Shown: in pieces, positions 35,222 through 44,053 of the stretch
Numbering within the stretch: the first letter of the stretch is position 1
Layout of the letters: the number at the start of each line of letters is the position of its first letter
Program-made: the position numbers and the translations under genes
The notes under the pieces: generated by a model
What the model was told of the DNA's origin: nothing
Databases searched by the model: none
Seen by the model: the letters and a program-made list of their open reading frames with translations, nothing else
Assembly (NCBI GenBank): GCA_964622305.1
Contig: CAZUPR010000003.1
Location: 1 to 52,905, forward strand
DNA length: 52,905 nucleotides
Direction: 5' to 3'
Source of the DNA: an uncultured Eubacteriales bacterium
GTDB taxonomy: Bacteria > Bacillota > Peptococcia > Peptococcales > SKKY01

Positions 35222-36265
35222 ATGGATAAGACAAAAAGAAAAAGAAATCTTTTTATTATAGGCTCCCTCCTCCTGGCCTTGACTGTGGTCGTTATTTTTT
35301 CAGTCAGCATAGGCCAGGCTGATGTGAGCTTTATGAAAGCCGCAAATATAATTGGCAGCAAGATTCCTTTTTTAAAAAGTATAAGTGACATCAGTGACGT
35401 CAAAGAAAGTCAGGAAACTATAATCTTAAAAATTCGACTGCCCAGAATTATTCTGGCTGCTTTAATAGGCATGGCACTGGCTGCAGTTGGGACTACCTTC
35501 CAGGGACTTTTAAAAAACCCCATGGCTGATCCATACATAATTGGTGTTTCTTCCGGTTCTGCCTTGGGCGCTGCCCTGGCTATCGTCTCAGGAATAAGCC
35601 TTACTTTTGGCTATTTTATGGTCCCTCTGTCTGCTTTTGCCGGAGCCCTGGTGAGTATTTTTACAGTTTATAATATTGCCAGAGTGGGCAATAAAATCCC
35701 CGTCTATAATTTACTTTTGTCGGGAGTGGCCCTCTCTTCTTTTTTATCGGCCTTGACCTCCCTGCTTATGATTTTAAATTCTAAAGAAACCAGCCAGATT
35801 CTTTACTGGATGTTGGGCAGCTTTTCTGGCAAAACCTGGGAGCACGTCCGTATAGCCCTGCCACTGATTGCCCTTGGGATTATCTCCCTCTATTTTTTTA
35901 CCCGGGAATTAAACCTTCTCCTCTTTGGCGAAGCAACAGCGCAGAACCTGGGAGTTAACGTAGAAAAAACAAAGAAAATTTTGCTTATCCTGGGTTCCTT
36001 TACTGTAGCCTCAGCTGTAGCCGTAAGTGGAACTATCGGTTTCGTTGGCCTCATTGTACCCCATGCCGTCCGCCTGGTAACTGGATCTGACCACAGAATT
36101 CTTCTGCCTGCTGCCAGCCTTGCTGGTGGCGTTTTTATGGTTTTTGCCGATACTATAGCCAGGACAATTTTAAGCCCGGCAGAAATCCCCGTTGGCATCA
36201 TAACTGCCCTTTTTGGTGGCCCCTTCTTTATCTATCTCTTAAAATCCAAAAAAACCATTGCTTAA
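35222..36265 (+). CDS. btuC: FecCD-family ABC permease (BtuC-like corrinoid/iron-chelate importer)
   Basis: 347 aa, about 10 TM helices. FecCD-type blocks RLPRIILAALIGMALA and GTIGFVGLIVPH. Confidence 0.75.
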   Translation: MDKTKRKRNLFIIGSLLLALTVVVIFSVSIGQADVSFMKAANIIGSKIPFLKSISDISDVKESQETIILKIRLPRIILAALIGMALAAVGTTFQGLLKNPMADPYIIGVSSGSALGAALAIVSGISLTFGYFMVPLSAFAGALVSIFTVYNIARVGNKIPVYNLLLSGVALSSFLSALTSLLMILNSKETSQILYWMLGSFSGKTWEHVRIALPLIALGIISLYFFTRELNLLLFGEATAQNLGVNVEKTKKILLILGSFTVASAVAVSGTIGFVGLIVPHAVRLVTGSDHRILLPAASLAGGVFMVFADTIARTILSPAEIPVGIITALFGGPFFIYLLKSKKTIA

Positions 36266-36280
36266 AAGGAGCCTTTACTT

Positions 36281-37558
36281 ATGACTGATCATCTGAATAT
36301 TAAAGAGCTTTATTTTTCTTATTCTCAGGATAATATTCTGCAAAATATAAATATTTCTATCAAAAGAGGCAGCTTTATAAGCATTGTTGGTCCCAATGGA
36401 TCTGGTAAATCTACCCTGCTTAAAAATATTGCTAAAAATCTCCGGCCAAATTCCGGGGAGATTTGGTTTGAAACCCTTGACCTTCTGAAGATGACCCCCT
36501 TGGAACTGGCAAAAAAAATGGCAGTTGTCCCCCAAACCTTTAATATCGATTTTCCTTTTTCTGGCCTGGATACCGTCCTAATGGGGCGGACCCCTTTTCT
36601 GAAGCGCTTTCAAGCAGAGACAGATAAAGACTATGCCCTGGCAGAATGGGCAATGAAACTAACTAATACCTGGCATTTTCGTGACAGGTCTGTAACCCAG
36701 CTATCAGGTGGCGAGCTGCAAAGGGTTATCCTGGCCCGGGCTCTGGTTCAGGAGCCAGAAATTATTCTTTTGGATGAACCCACTGCCCACCTGGATATCC
36801 AGCACCAAATGGAGCTTCTAGAACTTTTAGAAAGCCTCAACAAGACCAGTAACCTAACTGTGATTGCTGTCCTCCACGATCTTAACCTGGCCAGCCAATT
36901 TTCAGATGAAATTATTATGCTTAAAAATGGGCAGATTTTTGCCCAGGGTCCAACAGATCAGGTTCTAACTGCCGGAAATATCAGAGAAGTTTATGGCATG
37001 GAGGTTCTTCTGGCCGAAAATCCTCTTAATCAAAAATTAAATATCATCCCTCTGGCCCGCAGTAAGGAAGCCGAGAGTCAAAAGAAAAATTTTAAAATAC
37101 ATATAATTTGTGGTGGCGATAGTGGTGCCTACCTGATGGACCGGCTTTTGCAGATGGGCTACCAGCTTTCTACTGGAGTTCTTAATATTGGGGACACCGA
37201 CTGGACCAAAGCAAAAAAGGCCGGGATAGAGCTTGTTGAAGAGGCTCCCTTTGCCGGCATAAGTCAGGCAAGCAAGGAAAAAAATTTAGCCGCCATTTTA
37301 ACTGCCGATTTGCAGGTAATTACTCCTGTCCCCTTTGGTCTGGGAAATCTGGCCAATCTGGAAGCAGCTCTGGAGGGTGCGCAAAAAGGAATAAAAACTG
37401 TTATTATAAAAAACAATGACCCACTTTTAAACCAGGATTTCACCCATGGGAAAACCGAAGAAATTTTAGCAGCTTTAAAGGATGCTGGCGCTATTTTTGC
37501 TGACGATTATGCCCATTTCTTTGATCTCCTTAAGGAGGAAGCTGATGATGGAGAATAA
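36281..37558 (+). CDS. btuD: ABC ATPase (BtuD/FepC-like) fused to an uncharacterised C-terminal domain of about 165 aa
   Basis: Walker [28 protein letters not shown] and H-loop LHDLN lie within aa 1-255. The extra region is aa ~262-425 (KIHIICGGDSGAYL...). Confidence 0.75.
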   Translation: MTDHLNIKELYFSYSQDNILQNINISIKRGSFISIVGPNGSGKSTLLKNIAKNLRPNSGEIWFETLDLLKMTPLELAKKMAVVPQTFNIDFPFSGLDTVLMGRTPFLKRFQAETDKDYALAEWAMKLTNTWHFRDRSVTQLSGGELQRVILARALVQEPEIILLDEPTAHLDIQHQMELLELLESLNKTSNLTVIAVLHDLNLASQFSDEIIMLKNGQIFAQGPTDQVLTAGNIREVYGMEVLLAENPLNQKLNIIPLARSKEAESQKKNFKIHIICGGDSGAYLMDRLLQMGYQLSTGVLNIGDTDWTKAKKAGIELVEEAPFAGISQASKEKNLAAILTADLQVITPVPFGLGNLANLEAALEGAQKGIKTVIIKNNDPLLNQDFTHGKTEEILAALKDAGAIFADDYAHFFDLLKEEADDGE

Positions 37559-38318
37559 AATAAGCAGCCCCAAAGGCCACATCCTGATTCGAAATGAAAA
37601 TAATATGGCCCTGCTTTTTTCCAGAGAGATGCTGACTCTCTCCACTTCACAACTAAATGGCGGCATGAGTAAAAATCTTAAGAGCATTTTTAATCACCAG
37701 CTGACTGATTGGATTGAAAGTGTTGATCAGCTGCCGGAAAAAAGTGTGACTTCTTTTTTGGCTGGAAAAGCGAGGGATCTGGGCCTGGTGGCAGTCGAAA
37801 GCTCAGGTCTTATGACCACAGCATCTATGAAAAATGCCTCAGTGAAATTTTATGAGGATCAGGATTTTTCTTTCATCCTGGTGATTTCAGGCGGGGCAGG
37901 GGTTAATGCCCTTCGTTCCGGCGATCCTCCAACCTACAGAGAGACTGGCCCAAATGATTTTCAAGCTTTGGGAGGGACCATCAACATCATCCTCCTCCTG
38001 GAATTTGCCCTTCCACCAGAGGCCCTGGCAAGACTTGCAATTATTATAACCGAGGCAAAAACTGCAGCCCTCCTTGATTTGGGAATAAAAAGTTCTGTCA
38101 GTCTGGAGCCGGCTACCGGAACAGGCACTGATGGTTTTATTTTGACCTGTCACCAGGAAGATGATAAAGTTTTTACAGATGTTGGCAACCATTCTTTTTT
38201 GGGCAGCACTATCAGCTCTTATATTAAAGAAGGAGTTGCCTCTACCTTAATTAAGGAAAAAAATGACTATATAGAAAGAGAAAGGAAAAAAAATCATGCA
38301 AATAATGAAGGAAAATAA
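37545..38318 (+). CDS. cbiZ: Probable adenosylcobinamide amidohydrolase CbiZ
   Basis: 257 aa from ATG 37545 (RBS AAGGAGGA). LTLSTSQLNGGMSKNLKSIFNHQL and LLLEFALPPEALARLAIIITEAKTAALLDLGI resemble CbiZ-family blocks. Embedded in btuCD...btuF. Confidence 0.55.
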   Translation: MMENKISSPKGHILIRNENNMALLFSREMLTLSTSQLNGGMSKNLKSIFNHQLTDWIESVDQLPEKSVTSFLAGKARDLGLVAVESSGLMTTASMKNASVKFYEDQDFSFILVISGGAGVNALRSGDPPTYRETGPNDFQALGGTINIILLLEFALPPEALARLAIIITEAKTAALLDLGIKSSVSLEPATGTGTDGFILTCHQEDDKVFTDVGNHSFLGSTISSYIKEGVASTLIKEKNDYIERERKKNHANNEGK

Positions 38319-39255
38319 AGTGAAAGAAAATAAAGGCAAAAAAATCCAGGCCAGCCAAAGGAAAATTTTTGCAATCGGCCTCCTCCTCACCCTGCTTATC
38401 TTTTTGTTGGCCGGATGTTCCGGTAAGCAAAAGGAAGCAATTGAAGGAGAGCGAGTCTTTACCGACTTTTTTGGCCAGCAGGTTGAAATAAAAGAAGCTC
38501 CCCAGAGGATTCTTTCCCTCTCTCCTGCCGCAACTGAAATTCTTTTTGCCCTGGGCCTTGATGAAGAAATTGTAGGCACCACGGACTATTGCAGTTACCC
38601 AGAAGCCGCCCTTAGCAAGCCTAAAGTTGGTGGTTTTACAAATCCCAATATGGAAATAATTGTGCAGGCAGAGCCGGATTTGATTCTTCTTGCCTCCGGA
38701 GTCCAGACCGAATATATTGAGGCTTTTAAGAAATATGGCCTGACAACCTTTGCTCTTGATGCTCAAACCATCGACCAGGTTATAGAAAATATCTTGCTGG
38801 TGGGAGATATTACGCTCAGACAAGATGAGGCCAAAATAATTACTGATGATATGCTTAGCCGCATCAACTTTGTCAAAGAAAAAACCCAAGGTCTGGAAAA
38901 GCCCCTGGTCTTTTTTGAAGTTTGGGATGATCCCCTGCTTTCAGCCGGGCCCGAAACATTTATTGCCGATATTTTAGAAATTTCTTCAGCAGAAAACTTT
39001 GCTGCTGATGCAAAATCTGATTATCCTCAAATTAGCCTGGAGCTCCTTTTAGAGAGAGATCCAGATATTTATATGGCCATAGACCATAAAAACAATCTGC
39101 CCGCCGGCGAAAGACCAGGTTTTCAAAATTTACAGGCAGTACAAAATGGTAAATACTTTCGTATTGAAGACGACCTGGTAACCAAGCCAGGCCCCAGAGT
39201 TATTTTAGGCCTTGAAGAAATAGCCAGGAACATCCACCCCGACATCTTCAACTAA
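38296..39255 (+). CDS. btuF: Periplasmic-binding-protein lipoprotein (BtuF-like, class 8 SBP)
   Basis: Lipobox LLAGCSG; ILSLSPAATEILFALGLDEEIVGTTDYC and PDLILL blocks typical of BtuF/FhuD-type SBPs. The start is 38296 or 38305. Confidence 0.75.
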   Translation: MQIMKENKVKENKGKKIQASQRKIFAIGLLLTLLIFLLAGCSGKQKEAIEGERVFTDFFGQQVEIKEAPQRILSLSPAATEILFALGLDEEIVGTTDYCSYPEAALSKPKVGGFTNPNMEIIVQAEPDLILLASGVQTEYIEAFKKYGLTTFALDAQTIDQVIENILLVGDITLRQDEAKIITDDMLSRINFVKEKTQGLEKPLVFFEVWDDPLLSAGPETFIADILEISSAENFAADAKSDYPQISLELLLERDPDIYMAIDHKNNLPAGERPGFQNLQAVQNGKYFRIEDDLVTKPGPRVILGLEEIARNIHPDIFN

Positions 39256-39260
39256 CACCC

Positions 39261-39300
39261 GGGGACGCAACATTTTGTCCGGACAGAATGTTGCGTCCCC
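39261..39300. repeat. Palindromic intergenic element, copy 2
   Basis: GGGGACGCAACATTTTGTCC GGACAGAATGTTGCGTCCCC has one T/C difference giving a G-U pair. The right flank aaatgca is shared with copy 1. Confidence 0.9.
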
Positions 39301-39330
39301 AAATGCAAATAAAAAGGAGAGATTCATCTT

Positions 39331-39885
39331 ATGCTAAACCGTGAAAAAGCAATGGAACTTTTACTTAAATACAATCAAAACCAGGCTCTTATTAACCACG
39401 CCCTGGCTGTAGAAGCTGTCATGAAATATTTTGCCCAAAAATTTGACCAGGATGAAGAATATTGGGGTTCAATAGGACTCATCCATGACCTGGACTATGA
39501 GCAGTATCCTGAAGAACACTGTCAAAAAACCAAAGAAATCCTGGAAGCTGAGGGCATAAGCCAGGAAGTTATCAGGGCAATTATGTCCCATGGCTGGAAG
39601 CTTTGCACAGATGTAAAACCTGAACATATTATGGAAAAGGCTCTTTATGCTACTGATGAATTAACCGGCCTTATTAATGCAACTGTTCTAATGAGGCCAG
39701 AAAAAAGTATCGAGGGCTTGGAAGTAAAATCCGTGAAGAAAAAATTTAAATCCAAAGGCTTTGCAGCTGGAGTTAACAGAGATGTAATTTTAGAAGGTTG
39801 CCAAATGCTGGATATGGATCTTGATGAAGTTATTCAGTGGGCCATTGATGGTATGAAAGAAGAAGCCCAGGCCCTGGGCCTCTAA
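39331..39885 (+). CDS. HD-domain phosphohydrolase (COG2316-like)
   Basis: 184 aa; H..A and IGLIHDLDYEQYPEEH metal-binding motifs. Confidence 0.7.
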   Translation: MLNREKAMELLLKYNQNQALINHALAVEAVMKYFAQKFDQDEEYWGSIGLIHDLDYEQYPEEHCQKTKEILEAEGISQEVIRAIMSHGWKLCTDVKPEHIMEKALYATDELTGLINATVLMRPEKSIEGLEVKSVKKKFKSKGFAAGVNRDVILEGCQMLDMDLDEVIQWAIDGMKEEAQALGL

Positions 39886-39897
39886 TCTGCATCCGGG

Positions 39898-39959
39898 CAC
39901 TAACATCCGGGGACGCAACATTCTGTTCGGACAGAATGTTGCGTCCCCGGATGTTAGTG
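39898..39959. repeat. Palindromic intergenic element, copy 3 (extended arms)
   Basis: cactaacatccGGGGACGCAACATTCTGTtcggACAGAATGTTGCGTCCCCggatgttagtg. The arms are about 29 bp with a tcgg loop. Confidence 0.9.
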
Positions 39960-40005
39960 TTGAGCTGGGCTTATTTGGGTAATAGTTTTCCGGAGGGTGA
40001 TTTGC

Positions 40006-43000
40006 ATGGAAACTATTTTTAAATCTGAGGCTTTAAGGGCTAATCTGGAGCAAACCCGTGAGGACCCCACCCAGCTTGACCAGGATTTTATTTGCTTCAT
40101 TAATCTGTCGGAAGATTTTTATGGCATCAATTCCCGGGCTAAAGAATTTGCCCAGGAGTATCACCACAAGTATGCCAATTTTGATTTCATCCTGGAAACA
40201 CTCCACCACATAACTGTATCAGATATCTGGTTTTACAAGGATCTCCCTCAAAGCAGGCAGGCCCTTCTTTTTATGGTCAAAATTTTTGAAGACCTCTTTC
40301 TCAAAAATCTTTCCTCTCCCCAAAGAGAATTTCTCATTAAAATGATTTTTAAATTCATAGACAAACTGGCTAAGGATCAGGAAAAAGCTGACCTTGAGAC
40401 AATCACCCTTGCTCTTAATCTTTTAAAAAAGCAAGCGGAAGCTGACCCCCAACTTTTTATTTATAATAACAACTATCTTAAAACCTACCTCTATCAGGCC
40501 CAAATCTTGCCCGAAATCAAGGATGAAATCCTGGAATTTACCCGTAAAATCATGCTTATGAGCCTGGACTACTGGCAAGATAGTCTGGATTTACAAAAAA
40601 TACCCAAAATTAAGCCAAACTTTTTCACTTCTATTAAAGAAAATATCCAAGAGGCTTCCGACTGGAAGCAACTTATTAAAAATCCATTTTTTCCTGATAT
40701 TGCCAACTATTTAAGAAAAGTTGCCGATGAACCCAGCCAGCCAATCGACAAATTCAACTACCTTTTTTACATAATGCACCTGCCCGGCATGAGACAGCTG
40801 GAAAACCACCTCCTCTATGACATCAACCGCCTGCTTAAAGACATCATTAAAGACATGGACCAGGAGGAAGTCGCCCGCTTTATCGATGTAACCTTTCGCC
40901 TCTTTAAAGAATTTAAAGACCAGCACACATCCACCATTTTGGACTGCATTCAAACCCTGGGCCGGGAAATTTCTGCCAGCGGCGATTTGGCACTAATTAA
41001 TCACCTAATAGCCAACATCATTAGCTTTGGCTTTATTTATCCTGGGCAAATTACCATTTCCAGTGACTGGCAGGTAGAAAACAATAAGAATCATGTCAAA
41101 AATATCCGGGTCTGGCTTGATCTGATTGAAAGCTCACCAAAAAAATTTAAAACCCTTCTGGCCGCCCTGATTGTCAATTTGAAAATGGCCGGTATTTTTA
41201 TTTCTGATACCGATCTTTTCCAAAGAGATATAAGCAAACTTTTAAACTCAGAAATTACACCCATGTACAAGCAAATAAAAAAACTTGCCCGGATTTTTCC
41301 TGTTTATTTCAAGGAAGTTGGAGCCGAGGGCAGGCTGCGTGAGGTCACCACTGCTATGGACGAAATCTGTGGCAGACGGGATATTCTTATGCATTTTATC
41401 AGAAAGCAGGTTCATGCTGAGAGCAATAATACACAAATTTCCCTGGCTGAAAAAACTGCCGATTTCTGGCTTAATGCCGATGCAAAGAATCTTCTTCCTT
41501 TTCTACCAGCCGATGTGCAAAAAACCATCAATCCTAACTCAAAATATTTTAAGGGGCTCCACAAAATCTTGCAGGATGCTTCTTTTCACTTCCAGACTAA
41601 TCATCTGGGCCTTTTAAAACTGCCCGAAAAAGAAATTACAGATTTTATAAGTAATCACCCACTCGATAATAAGGCCGACAAAAAAAGGCTGCTCAACTTT
41701 TTTGAGCTCTACAAGCTTTTAGTGGAAAAATATTCCCTGGAATCCGCCGATCTTCTGACCACCATGGAAGAAGCAGGCTTTTTCTCTGAGGAAGATATGC
41801 ATAAAAGCCGGGAACTTTTCGCCCAGCCCAGCCCAAAAAATCAATTAAGACATCTCTTCAAACTTATGGGTCAGCTCAAAGAAGTTATTTGCGACCCCAA
41901 AGAATCCCAAGCCTTTGAAAGCATCTACTATAAAAGGCACATTGCCGTAGGAATTCCTTCTATGTATGGACAATATTCCGAGAAAAAATTTGAAGCTCTG
42001 GGCTTAACCTATCGAATGGAGAGAGCCTCCTCCCAGTTAATGGCCGAGATTCTTGCCGATTTGAAATTGGACTACATCACAGCAAAAACTTTGCGCTCGA
42101 TTTATGAAATCCTGGAACTATTTAAAGAGGGACTTCTTTTGGACGGAGTGGAGAATCAAGACTTTAACTCCAATCTTGACATGTTTTATTTTAGCCTCAA
42201 CTCAACAAGCTTCACCCTAAATCAGTACATGAACATCTTCCGATTTATGGCCCTCAACATCAAAGAAATTATTAATGAGTACTTCATGCGCTTTTACGAC
42301 GAAGCTCTGGAGCAAATTATCCCCCACCTCTTTGGGCCGGGCCAGGAAATTCTTTTAAAAAAATCTGAAGAGTTTTACCGGGAAGTCCTCTCTCTCTCCT
42401 TTCTCATTCAGGAGCTGGATTTCTTTGTCACCCATTGCATAAATAAATTATCAGCCCTTTTAGAAAATTATCCCGAGGATTACATCAGCAGAATGATGAC
42501 CTATAATCCAGACTTGGCCATTACCTCTTTTAATGAGGACTGCCCGCAAATGGACAACAGGGTTTTTCTTGGGGCCAAGGCCTATTACCTAAAGAAGCTG
42601 ACCTCCTATGGTCTGCCCGTTCCACCCGGTTTTATTATTACCACAGAGGTTTTTCGCCACAGGGATATTGTGCTCGGCCATCCTCACATGAGCTTGGAGT
42701 TAGATAAGTCAATTAAGAGGGAGATAGAAAAGCTCCAGGAGCTTTCCGGCAAAAAGTTTGGCAGCCCGGTGGACCCCCTCTTTTTGTCGGTCCGTTCTGG
42801 AACGGCTATCTCCCTGCCCGGGGCTATGAATACTGTTCTCAACGTAGGTATTAATGACGAAATCGCAAAAAAAGTCAGCAAAAATCCCCAGGAAGCCTGG
42901 ATGATCTGGGATTCTTACCGGCGGTTTATTCAAAGTTGGGGTATGATTAATGGTATCGAAAGGTCAGTTTTTGACAGGCTGATTAATGATTTTAAAACCC

Positions 43001-44031
43001 AGCACCATATTGATAAAAAAGCAGAGTTTTCTGCCAGCCAAATGGAAAATCTGGTAGGAGAATACAAAAAGATTCTGGAAAAAGAAGGAATTGAAATCCA
43101 CCAGGATCCTTATCAGCAGCTGAAGATGTCCATCAATATTGTTCTTGATTCCTGGGATACAGAAAGAGCCAAGGCCTACCGGAAACACTTGCACATAGCC
43201 AAAGAATGGGGAACAGCTATTATTGTCCAAAAAATGGTCATGGGTAACAGGTCCGACAAGTCGGGCTCCGGGGTTGTATTCACCCACAATCCCAAGCTCA
43301 GCAAAGCCGGCATCAACCTCTATGGTGACTACACCCCCCGCAGTCAGGGCGAGGACATCGTAGCCGGTCTGGTCCACCCCCTGCCTGTATCTGACAGCCA
43401 GCTCCTGGAGTCCACAAGTAAGCTGGCTGATCAGGGAGCCCTGCAATCCAGCTTCCCGGAAATCTACGGCCAGCTCATGGAATACGCCAAAGAGCTCATC
43501 TATGACCACGGTTTCAGTAATCAGGAAATCGAGTTCACCTTTGAGTCAGAGAAGGCTAAGGACCTCTACATCCTGCAAACCAGAGAGCAAATCATCAGTG
43601 GCAAGGAAAAAACTCCTGTTTTTTGTGAGATTCCAGACCAGATGAGTCTCCTTGCTCAGGGCATCGGCATCGGCAACGATTGCCTGAGTGGCAGAATTGC
43701 CTTTGACAGGGAGGGTCTTTTGGAGCTTAAAAAAATCTACCCTGAGGATAAGCAGATTCTAGTCAGACCAGATACCATCCCCGATGATATTCCCGATATC
43801 CTCATATGTGACGGACTCATCACCAGCCGTGGAGGGGTAACTTCGCATGCGGCAGTAACCGCCGCCAAACTTAATAAGGTTTGCATAGTCAACTGTAAGG
43901 AACTGCTTGTCAATGATCAGGAAAAAACCTGTAAAATTGGGGAGCATAATCTTCAATATGGTAGTATAATTTCTTTAGACGCTAAAAGTGGCTCTATTTA
44001 TCTTGGCGATTACAAAATAATCTATATCTAA
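40006..44031 (+). CDS. Large PPDK-related phosphotransferase: unknown N-terminal ~850 aa, PPDK ATP-grasp domain and phosphohistidine swivel domain, with no PEP/pyruvate TIM barrel
   Basis: From about nt 42560, the blocks GLPVPPGFIITTEVF, DPLFLSVRSGTAISLPGAMNTVLNVG, WDSYRRFIQSWG, WGTAIIVQKMVMGN, GSGVVFTHNP, QGEDIVAG and EIEFTFE..LYILQTR align by eye with pyruvate phosphate dikinase. The catalytic-His block is TSRGGVTSHAAV (His codon 43846-43848). The ORF stops right after the swivel domain. Confidence 0.8.
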   Translation: METIFKSEALRANLEQTREDPTQLDQDFICFINLSEDFYGINSRAKEFAQEYHHKYANFDFILETLHHITVSDIWFYKDLPQSRQALLFMVKIFEDLFLKNLSSPQREFLIKMIFKFIDKLAKDQEKADLETITLALNLLKKQAEADPQLFIYNNNYLKTYLYQAQILPEIKDEILEFTRKIMLMSLDYWQDSLDLQKIPKIKPNFFTSIKENIQEASDWKQLIKNPFFPDIANYLRKVADEPSQPIDKFNYLFYIMHLPGMRQLENHLLYDINRLLKDIIKDMDQEEVARFIDVTFRLFKEFKDQHTSTILDCIQTLGREISASGDLALINHLIANIISFGFIYPGQITISSDWQVENNKNHVKNIRVWLDLIESSPKKFKTLLAALIVNLKMAGIFISDTDLFQRDISKLLNSEITPMYKQIKKLARIFPVYFKEVGAEGRLREVTTAMDEICGRRDILMHFIRKQVHAESNNTQISLAEKTADFWLNADAKNLLPFLPADVQKTINPNSKYFKGLHKILQDASFHFQTNHLGLLKLPEKEITDFISNHPLDNKADKKRLLNFFELYKLLVEKYSLESADLLTTMEEAGFFSEEDMHKSRELFAQPSPKNQLRHLFKLMGQLKEVICDPKESQAFESIYYKRHIAVGIPSMYGQYSEKKFEALGLTYRMERASSQLMAEILADLKLDYITAKTLRSIYEILELFKEGLLLDGVENQDFNSNLDMFYFSLNSTSFTLNQYMNIFRFMALNIKEIINEYFMRFYDEALEQIIPHLFGPGQEILLKKSEEFYREVLSLSFLIQELDFFVTHCINKLSALLENYPEDYISRMMTYNPDLAITSFNEDCPQMDNRVFLGAKAYYLKKLTSYGLPVPPGFIITTEVFRHRDIVLGHPHMSLELDKSIKREIEKLQELSGKKFGSPVDPLFLSVRSGTAISLPGAMNTVLNVGINDEIAKKVSKNPQEAWMIWDSYRRFIQSWGMINGIERSVFDRLINDFKTQHHIDKKAEFSASQMENLVGEYKKILEKEGIEIHQDPYQQLKMSINIVLDSWDTERAKAYRKHLHIAKEWGTAIIVQKMVMGNRSDKSGSGVVFTHNPKLSKAGINLYGDYTPRSQGEDIVAGLVHPLPVSDSQLLESTSKLADQGALQSSFPEIYGQLMEYAKELIYDHGFSNQEIEFTFESEKAKDLYILQTREQIISGKEKTPVFCEIPDQMSLLAQGIGIGNDCLSGRIAFDREGLLELKKIYPEDKQILVRPDTIPDDIPDILICDGLITSRGGVTSHAAVTAAKLNKVCIVNCKELLVNDQEKTCKIGEHNLQYGSIISLDAKSGSIYLGDYKIIYI

Positions 44032-44053
44032 AAATTTAAAGGAGGCTTTTGTT

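Noticed and set aside
38247-38889. 111-aa and 212-aa minus-strand ORFs over the cbiZ/btuF junction
   Set aside because: They are antisense to two well-supported + strand genes. The translations are Phe/Lys-rich and low-complexity.
42684-43509. Minus-strand ORFs (65-181 aa) inside the dikinase-like gene
   Set aside because: They are antisense to the region with the clearest PPDK similarity. They have no RBS or motifs.
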